Of a stretch of DNA of 64,000 bases, positions 1 to 12,470 are shown piece by piece; the first letter of the stretch is position 1, and every line of letters begins with the position of its first letter. The stretch covers positions 42,966,001 through 43,030,000 of the forward strand of contig OX597831.1 in the NCBI GenBank assembly GCA_951406725.2. The letters run 5' to 3'. The notes below the pieces were generated by a model. That model was given only the letters and a program-made list of their open reading frames with translations. It was not told the DNA's origin and made no database searches. The translations under genes were made by a program, and so were the position numbers. The stretch comes from Octopus vulgaris (lineage: Eukaryota).

Positions 1-224
1 CATATTCTCTGTTATACTGCTCTGAATAACCTGATTCATTGTAGATTTGAGGGGACTCTTTATCCTTTTGGGGAAACCCTGTACACTCAGTAAAGCAGAA
101 GGCAAATGATTTGCGACTATGTAAGGATGAGAGGACACTTTGGTTTGGCTGAGAACATGACAACCTCTCTAGTGCTGGTGCTATAATAATATACTCAGTA
201 TGTCCTGTATGATTCACTACAAGG

Positions 225-636
225 TTCAGTTCTTCATGTAGTGTGGTATCTTGTGTGTGTCAATGACCCTGAGAGCTATGGAAGCAAAATGCAAGGTCCT
301 GGTAAGGGCCTCATATGCTGGACAGGTCAAAGGATAGAGGGCACACTAATACGAACCGTCTGTTCCCAGAGGTAAAAACAGGTTTGTGTAGAGCTTACAC
401 TCAACCTTGAAAAAACAGGGTTATAGAAGCATTGATGACAGTTCAAAACCAGCAAAACCTGAGAGAGGAAGGCCTTCTCTCAGGCAAAAATATGCAGCAA
501 AATCTGAAAGGCAGAGCTGAAAATGCAGGCATTCAAGTGGAGTGAAGCAGAAAAGGCATCTCAGAGGCAAGAATATTAGAGAAAAGTTATCAAAAGCCTA
601 TGCTCTATAGAGAACAAAGTGCTTAAATAAATAATT
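225..636 (+). mobile_element. Short bipartite RTE-derived non-autonomous element (5' leader fused to 3' tail)
   Basis: Leader CAATGACCCTGAGAGCTATG..CCTGGTAAGGGCC..GGACAGGTCAAAGG. Tail GCCTATGCTCTATAGAGAACAAAGTGCTTAAATAAATA. Confidence 0.6.
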
Positions 637-754
637 ATACTCTGTACAATAGTTGCTGTTAAGAAGAGCATCAAGTAGTAGAAACCATTCCAAAAAATAG
701 AATGTATGAGTAAAACATGGTCCCCTGACTCAACTAAGATGGCACTAAGTTCTG

Positions 755-1075
755 AGATCCCCTTCGGTCACAACACAGACCATGGGATTGCACCAGGGGA
801 TTGCACCAGGCAAGGTTGTTTATGGAAGACCAGCAGTCACCCATGCATACTGGCCTCCCTTCTCCATGCTACAAGTGTTATCCAAAGGAAAGGCAAAGGC
901 CAATACATCTTGGCACTTGTGATGTCGCAACTCATTGCTACAGCTGAGTGAACTGGAGCAACGTGAAATAAAGTGTCTTGCTCAAGAACACACCATGCAG
1001 CCCAGTCCGGGATTCGAGCTCACAACCTCATGATCGTAAGCTCAACGCTCTAACCACTGAGCCATGCACCTTCAC
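755..1075 (-). mobile_element. tRNA-derived SINE, family B
   Basis: Minus strand reads GTGAAGGTGCATGGCTCAGTGGTTAGAGCG..CTCGAATCCCGG..TCTTGAGCAAGACACTTT. Relatives lie at about 14095-14383, 63585-63910, 15440-15785, 3880-4120 and 32271-32530. Confidence 0.8.
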
Positions 1076-1739
1076 TAAGTCCAAATAAGAAGAAACGAAC
1101 TCAACTATAATAACCCATCCAACCCATTCAAGCATGGAAAGCAGATATGAAAACAGTGATGAAGATGATAATGGTGATCTCATCAACTTAGTCATCAGCA
1201 TCGTCATCATTTAGCATCTGTTTCCATGCTGGCATGGGTTAGATGGTTTGACTGGAACCAGCATGTCTATATAACAAAGAAGCTTCTAGCCATAAATATG
1301 TATTACGAGGTGACCATTATTATTATTATGTATCCTGTTATATTACTCTGCTAACCTTAAATCTTCCCGGGGATGATATTGATTGAAATAGGATAAACTC
1401 TGCAAGGCTTCATTATACCCTGACCATATTATATGAAGAATGAAGTCTTCAATAGATTCACAATGGTACAATGCTAATAGGCAGAGTCAATAATTGACCT
1501 GGCAGAAGTAGAAACCAAATCACTCTCGAGTCACACAGTACCATCTCAAAAGAAAAAAGAAAAAGAAATATTGGATAATGTATTCTTAGGCATACTATGT
1601 CAATAAAGAAAAAGTGGGAGAGGCAAGAGAGGAAACAGATGAAATGTCTTTGACTCAAGATTTGATAAACATTAATCTGGTACTAAACAACAATGACAAC
1701 AACAACAATAACAGGCCACATTTTGTGTGTGTGTGCGTA

Positions 1740-1777
<38 letters not shown>

Positions 1778-2551
1778 TTTGTGTGTGTGTTTGTGTGTAT
1801 GTGTGCATACACAAAAGTTACTCAGTGTAGCTATGTTTACTCACCTTTTCCTGGGACATGCCCAGATTAATTCGTTTTAGTTTTACTTTTGCCTATAAAA
1901 TAGAAGAAAAAAACAGACAAAAATAAAATAAAGGAAGCTAAGATTGATTACTGAACATCTCCAAGACACCTTTTTTTCTTATACAGAAAAAAAAAAATCA
2001 ATATTGATTGAACAAACCATTAGAGTTACTACAAAGTCAAATCACATGCAGAAGAACTACAACACCTCTCTCTCTCGCTCTCGTGAATGGTTCAGCCCGG
2101 AATGTAAGACTTCTCTCCATCACCAAAATAGTTTATTTCACTTTCTGAAATTTTCTACACATAGAGCTTAGAAGCTTTGTTTCAAATTTGTCCTCTTCAT
2201 TACCTCTTGAGTTTTTAAAATTTATCTCACGGATAGGTTTTTGTTTTAAGTGATTCATGTTAACTATTTGTGCAACATATTATAAAATTAAATACATTAT
2301 TAACCAACGAAACAAACACAGATGTGGACATAAATACATGTATACGTACATATATACACATACACAAATACATGAATACATACACACATACATATATATA
2401 CATAATCATCACCCTCATTTAATGTCCATTTTTCATGCTGGTATGTGTTACACAGTTTGACAAGATCTGGCATGCCAAAGGTTTGTGACAACCTCCAGTG
2501 TCAGGTTTGACACATGTGGCCTAAGTGTGTGTGTGCGTGTGTGTGTGTGCA

Positions 2552-2578
<27 letters not shown>

Positions 2579-2582
<4 letters not shown>

Positions 2583-2770
2583 TATAATTTAGGATATCTA
2601 AGAGATACCACCATGCTTGAAATAGCCGCTAAAACTTGACTAAAACAACATTAAATATTCATACAGCACCAGGAGTGGTGCTGTATGAACATTTAATGTG
2701 CTTTTAGAGTCAAGTTTTGGCTGCTGTTTCCAGCATGGTGGTATCTCTTAGATACCCTAAATTATAATTT
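2579..2770. repeat. Long imperfect palindrome (arms ~95 bp, 4-nt loop)
   Basis: AAATTATAATTTAGG..ATACAGCACCA-GGAG-TGGTGCTGTAT..CCTAAATTATAATTT. Confidence 0.9.
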
Positions 2771-2871
2771 TAATAATAATTATTACCTTTGAAGGTTTTT
2801 ATTCCCATGCTGGCCACTTGATAAGTTCGATATTTAAATAACGATCTTATCCTAATATATATAAATTTTTA

Positions 2872-2918
<47 letters not shown>

Positions 2919-3396
2919 ATATATATATATACATACACACATACATGATTGAGTGTGTGTGAGTGTGATTTAAAATTATTCAAATTAAAACATTCTATCA
3001 AAATTTCTTAATATACATTCCAAACATCAGGTTAATAATGATGGTTACTTTCAGCAAATTCCTTATTATTCTAAACATTGATTGAAATGAAGGCAGAGAA
3101 TTTCAACAGAAATCAATAACAAAAAGGGTTTATACAATGAATTGAAAAGCCTATTTAGCCACATAGGAAGGTTCCTATAAAAACATGACTTTCTCCCATA
3201 CAACACATTCACACAATTATCAAAGAGTATAGACCAAAAGAAAAACGTTTCAGCTTTTCAGAAGTACTTTGTATCTAACACTTTGTGCAAGTTGGGGTCA
3301 GATAAATAAAACTGCTTACTTGTTATTCTCATGAGGAATAATAGACACATTTATTTATCAGATTCCAAATGTTTATTTCTTAACCACATGATTTTA

Positions 3397-3696
3397 GTGG
3401 AGGTGCAATGGCCCAGTGGTTAGGGCAGTGGACTCGTGCTCGGGGGATCGCAGTTTTGATTCCCAGACCGGGCGTTGTGTGTTTATTGAGCGAAAACACC
3501 TAAAGTTCCACGAGGCTCCAGCAAGGGTGGTGGTGACCCCTGTTGTACTCTTTCACCCCAACTTTCTCCACTCCCTCTTCCTGTTTCTTGAGTAACACTG
3601 CGATGGACTGGCGTCCAGCTGGGGGAGACACATACACCACAGAAACCGGGCCCATGAGCCTGGCTAGGTTTGAAAAGGGCACATAAATAAATAATA
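3397..3696 (+). mobile_element. tRNA-derived SINE, family C, with 11-bp TSD, nested in another SINE
   Basis: Head GGAGGTGCAATGGCCCAGTGGTTAGGGCAG. ACATGATTTTA is at 3386-3396 and 3697-3707. Confidence 0.8.
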
Positions 3697-4170
3697 ACAT
3701 GATTTTAACTTCAGTCCTAATGTGTGGCACCTTGGACAAATGTCCTCTATTCTAATCCCAGGCCAACTAAAGCCTTGCAAGTAGATTTTGTAGACAGAAA
3801 CTGAAAGAAGTCCATCATGTGTGTGTGTATCTATGATGGACTTTCTTATTGAAGATGATATATGAGTATCCAGCTTTGCTGAATGACCCACCCAAATGGT
3901 TTGTTTATAGTGATTAAATGCATGTGCCATATATTAGTGCACTCGCTCCACCAAATTGACATTGTCTGAATAGGTGCACTGTGTACCAGGTGTTCAAGTG
4001 ATTGTAGAGCAACATGAGATGAAGTGTTTTGCTCAAGAACACAATGCACCACCTGGCTTAGAAATCGAAGTCATGATTGCTAGATTGTAAATGCAACGCC
4101 CTAACCACTAAACCATGTGCTCTGACATGTATATATGATTTGATCTGACTTAACATCAATAATATTTTTA

Positions 4171-4570
4171 TGTGGCTGTGTGGTAAGTAGCTTGATTACC
4201 AGCCTCATGGTTCTGGGTTCAGTCCCACTGTGTGGCACCTTGAGCAAGTGTCTTCTACTATAGCCTCGGACCAACCAAAGCCTTGTGAGTGGATTTGGTA
4301 GGCGGAGACTGAAAGAAGCCTGTCGTATTTATATATATATATATATATATATATGTTTATGTATATGTTTGTGTGTCTGTGTTTGTCCCCCCAACATTGC
4401 TTGACAACCGATGCTGGTGTATTTACATCCCAGTAACTTAGCGGTTCAACAAAAGAGACTGATAGAATAAGTACTAGGCTTACAAAGAATAAGTCATGGG
4501 GTCGATTTGCTCGACTAAAGGCGGTGCTCCTGCATGGCCACAGTCAAATGACTGAAACAAGTAAAAGAAT
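4171..4570 (+). mobile_element. tRNA-derived SINE, family A (central TA/TG microsatellite)
   Basis: A-box-like GTGGCTGTGTGGTAAG, B-box-like GGTTCAGTCCC, core CCTTG(G/A)GCAAGTG, tail CAGTCAAATGACTGAAACAAGTAAAAGA. More than 15 copies occur in the window. Confidence 0.85.
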
Positions 4571-4761
4571 ATTATATTCACTCAAATATAACATGAGAAA
4601 TTTAATTCAAAACATTAGGGTTAATGGTGGGAAGGGCAGGTAGCACTATACTTAAGTATGAGAAAAGGTAGGAAGATAATAGATATCACATGATAATCCA
4701 AATCACATTGCACTTGAATGAATACATTAGCTTTGGGGGCTGGAAAGAACAGCAGCTTGTT

Positions 4762-5235
4762 TGGAGGCGCAATGGCCCAGTGGTTAGGGCAGTGGACTCG
4801 TGGTCGTAAGAATGCAGTTTTGATTCCCAGACCGGGCATTGTGAGGGTTTATTGAGCAAAAACACCTAAGCTCGACGGGGGTGGTGGTGAACCCCGCTCT
4901 ACTCTTTCACCACAATTTTCTCTCACTCATTCATCATACTTCTGCCACAAAGCAGAGGAACCATGGTGTAACCTGCTATGGTGTGGTAAACTTTCAGACC
5001 CTAGTCTAGATTGCGAATCCTCTGTACCCCTGGACAGTTCAGCTCTCCACCCATTAAAAAGCTACCATTTATGGAATGAGGATAACAACGTAGCTTTCGC
5101 ACCCGTGCAACTGCCAGTCTATCGTGTGTGGTGGATGGATCTTCAAGTTGCCACACACATTCTTAGTAGCTTAGAATAGGCTCCATATAGAGATTATTCT
5201 TTGTGGCTAATGGCATGAGTCCTGATTGGAAGAAG
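4762..5235 (+). mobile_element. SINE with family C head but a different 3' half, 13-bp TSD
   Basis: ACAGCAGCTTGTT is at 4749-4761 and 5236-5248. The head matches 3397-3570 and then diverges. Confidence 0.75.
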
Positions 5236-5607
5236 ACAGCAGCTTGTTAAACACTAATATTGGAATTGTTGTGACTTTTCAAGATTAGATGCATTCATCA
5301 AGAAGTGTTTTAATCAGATCAGATCTACAGACTTCAGTGTGAATGGGTGTTGATACAGTCACACGTTATATCTGGTCTCATGGATATGAGTTAATATGAG
5401 TGAAATAAAATAACTAAAGTAGAGCGTGAAAAGTGTACTGAAAATTTAAGTTTGAGTCAACAGAAGCATATATTTTATTCTATATGTGGGCATTATATAT
5501 ATGTGTGTATATCATCATCATTGTTTAATGTCCGCCTTCCATGCTGGCATGATATATACATACATATACACATTATCTATCTATCTATCTATTTATCTAT
5601 CTATCAA

Positions 5608-5667
<60 letters not shown>

Positions 5668-6538
5668 AATATGCATATAAACACACACACACATTTATGG
5701 GTGTAAGAAATAGTTGATTTATGATATTTAAAATCCATGAAAGCTTTGTCACTGTGGGAAACAGGTTACTAACCTGTGGCTAAAAACAGCACTAGACCAA
5801 AGGTTACCTGAAATAAATAATAGCAACTTATTCAGTTCTCTATAGAAATGATAACTTGAGAGAAGGAAGGAAAGAAGACATGGATGATTGATTTGACAAT
5901 CATATAGTATATTTGTTTAAAATATATTTACTAATAATATAAATACAAAATCTGGGTTTCATCCATCCATCTTCTCTGCCCTCTATTCCTGGGGAAGGGG
6001 TTGTGAGGGTAGAGTCCTCCATGAAGAAACTGTCATTAGGTTCTCCAGCTGGATTTCTAAGCATGACTGACTGAGACTATGGATAGTATTCAACTATCTC
6101 ATCTTTGATCAACTCCTAGGTTTCCTGCAAGTTGTATCAGCTTGAAGAATCCATCTTGAGATTTGTTCCCACAACATCCAAATCACATATCCACAGTATC
6201 AGAGCTGTGACAACCTGTTGTGGTGACATAGCAGCTCCACCCGGAGAGACACCCTGGTTTCTAAGCTATGTACCCTGTTCAGTAACGTTACTCCAAAGAT
6301 CCTTCAGAAGAACCCTACATTGACTGTTTATATTCCTGATTGTTCTCTTTCTGTCATTGCTGATGGTTAATGGAACATTAACTGATTTGCCACCTCCTAT
6401 TAAAATTAATGACTATAAGCAAGGTTAAGCATAAAAACTGAATTGTAAGTAGCAAGTTTGGTTTATTTTTACCAGCCTCTCTTCTGTGTGGTAGGGTTGC
6501 ATATGTAATATCATTTAATAATCACTGATAAAGAAAGA

Positions 6539-7033
6539 ATACCCTCCATCAGGCATTTGCCATATTCTGAACGCCTTACTTCCCTGGGCGTGGACACATT
6601 GAAACTCCGACGTCTGGCAGCTGACTTGGCAAACACCCATAAAATTATTACTAACAATAACTCTGAGCACCTTTTCAAACTCCATCTGTCTAACACCCGT
6701 GGACATGTTTACAAAGTCAGTAAACAGCACAGCTCCCATGACTTTCGGAAACATTTTTTCATGCTAAGAGTTGCTGAAGTATAGAACAAACTGCCAGTAT
6801 CAGTTGTTAGTTGTCGGAGCACTGCATCCTTAAAAACTTCCATGCTTCCTGAGATTCGCCAACACTACACCTGATTTTCTCCCCTCCATGCACACGCAAG
6901 CATGTATCTGACTCATACACTGTTCACCTTCCAGACATTTGTGCATTACTGCATATGATTTGTACACACTTTTGACAAGTTGTGGTGCACCTGAACACTG
7001 TATACAATAATTTCATTATTATTATTATTATTT
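6539..7033 (+). mobile_element. CR1/L2-like LINE 3' fragment with (ATT)n tail
   Basis: Translation includes LPYSERLTSLGVDTLKLRRLAADL..NTRGHVYKV..FRKHFF.LRV. Followed by a 3' UTR and (ATT)n. Confidence 0.85.
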
Positions 7034-7266
7034 TAAGATTGAAAAAGAAAAAAAATTGAAAGCAAAAATTGGGGAAGCTGAATATAAATATGAAGGAATT
7101 AATTTAGACTGACAATTAAAATTGACTGAAATTGTCTTCTTGATTGATACAAAAAGATTTTACACATACATACATGTATAAATGCATAAGAATGATGTAG
7201 TTTGCTTGAAGTATTGCGAAACGGAAGTATCAAATTATTCACTTCTGATGATCAGCTTTAGTGCTT

Positions 7267-7578
7267 AAAATACATATATGATATAATGAAATTATTGTAT
7301 ACAGTGCTTAGGTGCACCACAACTTGTCAAAAGTGCATATAAAGCATATACAGTAATGTACAAATGTTTGGAAAGTGAACAGTGTATGAGTCAGATACAT
7401 GCTTGCGTGTGTATGGAGGGGAGAAAATCAGGTGTAGTGTTGGCGAATCTCAGGAAGCATGGAAGTTTTAAAGGATGAAGTGCTCTGACAACTAACAACT
7501 GAAGCCGGCAGTTTGTTCCATACTTCAGCAACTCTTAACGTGAAAAATTGTTTCCGAAAGTCATGGGAGCTGTGCTGA
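7267..7578 (-). mobile_element. CR1/L2-like LINE 3' fragment, inverted relative to 6539-7033
   Basis: Reverse complement of about 6725-7020. Confidence 0.85.
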
Positions 7579-7681
7579 TAAAGGTTTCTCAACGTTCTCA
7601 TTTAGCATTGACAGAAGCTCTCTGTTATTTGTCAGTTTACTTTATATACATACATACCTACATGTGTGTGTGTGTGTGTGT

Positions 7682-8060
7682 AGGTACAGGTGTGGCTATG
7701 TGGTAAGAAACTTGCTTCCCAACCACATGGTTCCAGGTTCAGTCCCACTGCATGACACCTCGGGCAAGTATCTTCTATAACCTCAGGCTGACCAAAGCCT
7801 TGTGAAAGGATTTGGTTGACGAAAACTGACAGAAGCTTGTTGTAAATATATGTGTGTGTGTATCTGTTCCTTACCCTCACCACTGCTTGACAACCAGTGT
7901 CGGTGTGTTTACGTCCCCATAACTTAGCAGTTTGACAAAAGTAATCGATAGAATAAGTATCAGGATTTTAAAAAATAAAAGCACTGGTGTTGATTCATTT
8001 GATTAAAAATTTATCAAGGCTGTACCCCAGCATGGTCACAATCTAATGATTGAAACAAGT
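7682..8060 (+). mobile_element. SINE family A copy
   Basis: Collinear with 4171-4570. Confidence 0.8.
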
Positions 8061-8780
8061 TATATATATATATATATATATATATACCAGATGCGTGTAG
8101 TGATCTTTCTGGTTGGGGAAGCAAAGACCAAGGTTTTCTGTCACATAGATATTTGAATCAAATTGACAATTTCATAGTATACAGCTATTTTAAAAATAAA
8201 AACAAAAAACACATTATATATTAAGGGTTTTCTCTAATTTGAAAAAGTATAAAATATTAGTTGTATAAGCACAGAAAACTATCCATGTTATCTTTTCACC
8301 ATTTTTTCTGATGGAGGCAAAATGTCAACTTGCTTCCTTTTTCCTATGTGTTACATAACAACGTAAGATTATATATATATATCATAAGTATTGTGAATTG
8401 ACAGAAACTTAATCTAAGCGTATAAGTATTTATTAGCATCTAAAATTATTTGTCATCAGATCATACTAGAAAAAAATTGCCTTTGTGGCATTTTTATCGG
8501 AAAAAATGTTACACAGAAATGGATGCAAGAGTTCCTGTTGATCCCCTTTCACAGATTTTTTGTGTCGTCTGCCACTGCTTGTTGTCTCATGCTAATTCCA
8601 ACAATAACAGTCTGAAGCCTATGATGTCATGTACTTTATAATATTAATTTTACAGAACATTAGAAAAACGATCTTATAAAAAATAATATAGTTTTAATTT
8701 TAGTTCGTTTTTGGATTTGGTTTGCAAGATTCTTTATATGAGTTCGTGTGTTGAAACATATTCTGTGTGTCTGGGGAGAT

Positions 8781-8888
8781 TAATGTAACACACTCATCAG
8801 TAAAATTTCCACTTATTTCTTATTTTAATTTTTATAAAAATAAAAATAAGAAATAAGTGGAAATTTTACCGGTGAGTGTGATACATTA
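8781..8888. repeat. Inverted repeat
   Basis: TAATGTAACACACTCA..GTAAAATTTCCACTTATTTCTTATTTT pairs with AAAATAAGAAATAAGTGGAAATTTTAC..TGAGTGTGATACATTA. Confidence 0.85.
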
Positions 8889-9040
8889 TAAGGCACAAAA
8901 AGAAAACGACTCTCCCTAGACACAACAGTTTAAATTTTGTTTCTCTAATTTTTAAAGGCAGCATTGCTTCCCTTGCTTCCTTGGACTGCATGCTTATGAT
9001 ATATCTATCTATCTATCTATATATATATACACACACACAT

Positions 9041-9113
<73 letters not shown>

Positions 9114-10789
9114 TATTTATGACACTATTGTTTTCCCACATACACATTTTGTAAGTATTGCCACCTATTTCCTCCTACTTCATGTCTCACTCCCATATTC
9201 CTTACATTCCTCTCTAATCGAAACTCCCTCTTGTTCAGGCTCTTCATTCACTGTTTTCACTTCTATCTTCATCTCTACAATTTGTTACTCCTTTTCCATG
9301 CTCATGTAAACCTACTTCTCCACCCTACTCTCTCTCTCTCTCTATTTACCGTTTCATACTTTAAGGGAACACCCTGATGCACCTTCTCCAAAATTTGTTC
9401 TCCTTTTCTTGCTGGTACACCCATGTATTCTCTCTACAGCAAAATACTTGTTTTCCTGTTCCTCTTTCCTGCTTTAACCTTTCCTCATACCTGGCACAAA
9501 CCCACCTCCCTCAATACTGCACCCCAACTCTACCAAGTTATTTGGTAATCCCATGAGAAGGGTGTCACTCAATGGGAAACGGTACCTTGCAGCAGGATTG
9601 AACCGAAAACCATGAAGTTGCAAAGTGAGTTTCTTAAAAACCAAATCAGACCTATTAAAGAAATCTTTGAATCTGTGGTTAACTAATATAGCATTGGTAA
9701 TTTTTGCTTAATTATTTCAGTATGTTAGGATAATGGTCAAACATGATAGGTCCATAAGCCAAAATATAAATACATTCCAGGAATAAAATAGTAAAAGAAA
9801 TTACATGTAGATATATTATACATATATGTACACCACACCTGCTAGAAAGGGCAGACTAAATCTCCCTCAAATCACACCATCACTTTTTGAAAAAAGGACA
9901 CACTGGACGATATAGTTTTGGATTTTCAGTATATATATGAAAAAGACAGGATGGTCACATGTGGAATATATGACCATCCTGTTTCATTACAAGTTCGATC
10001 AGGACTAAGCTAGTGTTAAACAGTAAAAAAAATAGCCAGGGAAGCATGTAAGTGGTTACATGATCTGTTTGAAATAACAGTTAAATCTCCCTTAAATCAC
10101 TCATCTTTAAATTAAGGAAGGACTTATTAGACAGTGCAGTTTACTGCTTAAACAACAAAAAAAAAGTGGTGTTCTCATGGTTAAGAACGCTTTTGGTCAA
10201 AGAATCTGCACATTCAGAACTAACCTGAATCTAAACAACTATTTGTTGATTTTCCTAGCCGAGTCACTAAAATGTTAAAATATGACTAAATGTAAAATTT
10301 CTAATCAAATTAAGACGAAAAATAAATTTCAAATAAAAATATAAAACCAGTTTACAGGTAAAATATTGAATTACAAACACCAATGCATGAATTATAAATA
10401 GAGTTATCTCCCTTGCACGCTTTTCCCGTTAATTCGTTTGCATGATTATTTTACAATCGTTAGCACGCTAGATAAAATGTTTAGCGGCATTTCGTCCGTC
10501 TTTACGTTCTGAACTTAAATGATGCCAAAGTTGTCTTTGCCTTTCATCTTTTCTAGGTCGATAAACTGGGGTCGATGTAACCTACTAGCTTACTCCACTA
10601 AGTTTCAGGCTTCGTGCCTGTAATAGAAAGGATTATATCTCGATACAAGGATGATTGGGGGTGGTAGAATGAGCTGTGTAATGGACAAAATACTTTATGG
10701 CATTTAACTTCAGTCCCTTATGCCCAGAGTTCAAACCCTGCTAAGGCTGAGTTTGACTTTCATAATCAGTAAAATAGATATTCTTTTCT

Positions 10790-11188
10790 TTTCTTTTCTT
10801 TTATTTGTTTCAGTCATTTGACTGCGGCCATGCAGGAGCACCAACCTTTAGTCGAGCAAATCGACTCCAGGACTTATTCTTTGTAAGCCTAGCACTTATT
10901 CTATCGGTCTCTCTTGCCGAACCGCTAAGTTACGGGGACGTAAACATCGGTTGTCAAGCGATGCTGGGGGTTTGGGGGACAAACACACGCACACACATAC
11001 ACATACACATACATACATATATACGACGGGTTTCTTTCAGTTTCTGCCTACCAAATGCACTCACAAGGCTTTGGTCGGCCTGAGGCTATAGTAGAAGACA
11101 CTTGCTCAAGGTGTCGCGCAGTGGGACTGAACCCAGAACCATGTGGTTGGTAAGCAAGCTACTTACCACACAACAACTCCTGCGCCTA
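10790..11188 (-). mobile_element. SINE family A copy, young
   Basis: Reverse complement of the family; CpGs retained. Confidence 0.85.
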
Positions 11189-11472
11189 TAGTAGAGAAGA
11201 ACAATATGTTATAATATGTATTGTGTGTATGTGTGTACATGTGTAAGATTAAAGAAATTTTGTTCTGAACACTGGCATATAAAACAGGAAAAAATTCAAG
11301 AGGAACGTTCCTATGAAAGGATTTGTATAGCAACAGCTTAGCGTTTAAAGTTCCTCTGCTGTACAATTGTCCCAAAAAGACTGCGTAAATCCTGCTTATA
11401 GGAAGAGGAATTGCACTGTGTAACACAATTTTTGTCCTTGGGTAGCAACTGTCATTTGCTATTTGCTTACCC

Positions 11473-11833
11473 CTAGAAAATATGAAAAATGGATAATATT
11501 TCCTTCAAAATTTGTTTTTGTAACATTTATTGAAACCCCAAAGAATCCCTCTTAACACATGGCTATGATGCTCCCCAACTACTCCTGCTCATGATCAAAG
11601 ATGCACATATTGTCAGCCACTAAGGGACATTCTCAAGTGATTAAGGTCAAGCAACTGACAAGCAAATTTGCGGTATTGAGCAGAATATTTATTATAATGA
11701 TATTTCTGCTTCAGCAACTCAATGCTGAATCTGCTGGAAATGTAATGGAAAATAGGTCAGTTTCAAACCATTGATGTCCAGGTCACAAAAGCAAAGTTTG
11801 AAGGGAATAATAGTAATTTCCTGTGATTTCTAG
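11473..11833. mobile_element. MITE-like element with degenerate ~50-bp inverted ends
   Basis: 11473-11524 resembles the reverse complement of 11782-11833. Confidence 0.45.
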
Positions 11834-11951
11834 ATAGAAGCAAGAAGGAAATAACACTTACTAACCAAAGGCTAGAATAAAAATATAAATTTTGCTACAC
11901 AGTGTTATGATGTGTTACATGCAGAATGTGGGTATCTTTTATGATACACAC

Positions 11952-12000
<49 letters not shown>

Positions 12001-12233
12001 TTGTATACTTATTTTATATTTCATTTATTTCTGTCATTGGACAACATTCATGCTGGGGCCTCACCACGAGGAGTTTGGTTCAATAAATTAATCTCAGTGC
12101 TTTATTTTTCTAAAGTCTGGTACTACTTCTATTGGTCTCTCTTGTTTATGGGGACATAAGCAAAACAGCACTGACTGTCATGTGATGGGCGGACAAACAT
12201 AAACATATAGATAACAGGCTTCCACACAGTTTC

Positions 12234-12470
12234 CTATTTCTTTACTACCCACAAAGGGCTACACACAGAGGGGATAAACAAGGACAGACAAACGGATTAA
12301 GTCGATTATATCAACCCCAGTACATAACTGGTACTTATTTAATCAACCCCGAAAGGATGAAAGGCGTAATCGATTTCAGCAGAATTTGAACTCAAAACAT
12401 AGTGGCAGACGAAATACCGCTAAGTATTTTGCCTGGCATGCTAACGTTTCTGCTAGATCGCCACCTTAAT
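12234..12470 (-). mobile_element. SINE family D (GCCTTTCATCCTTTCGGGGTCGATAAA core), 18-bp TSD
   Basis: AGGCTTCCACACAGTTTC is at 12216-12233 and 12471-12488. Relatives lie at about 10455-10640, 27540-27760, 42030-42260, 42552-42787 and 57340-57520. Confidence 0.8.

Noticed and set aside
990-1075. tRNA-like sequences with A/B boxes here and elsewhere
   Set aside because: They are SINE heads that continue into SINE bodies, and no complete cloverleaf was evident.
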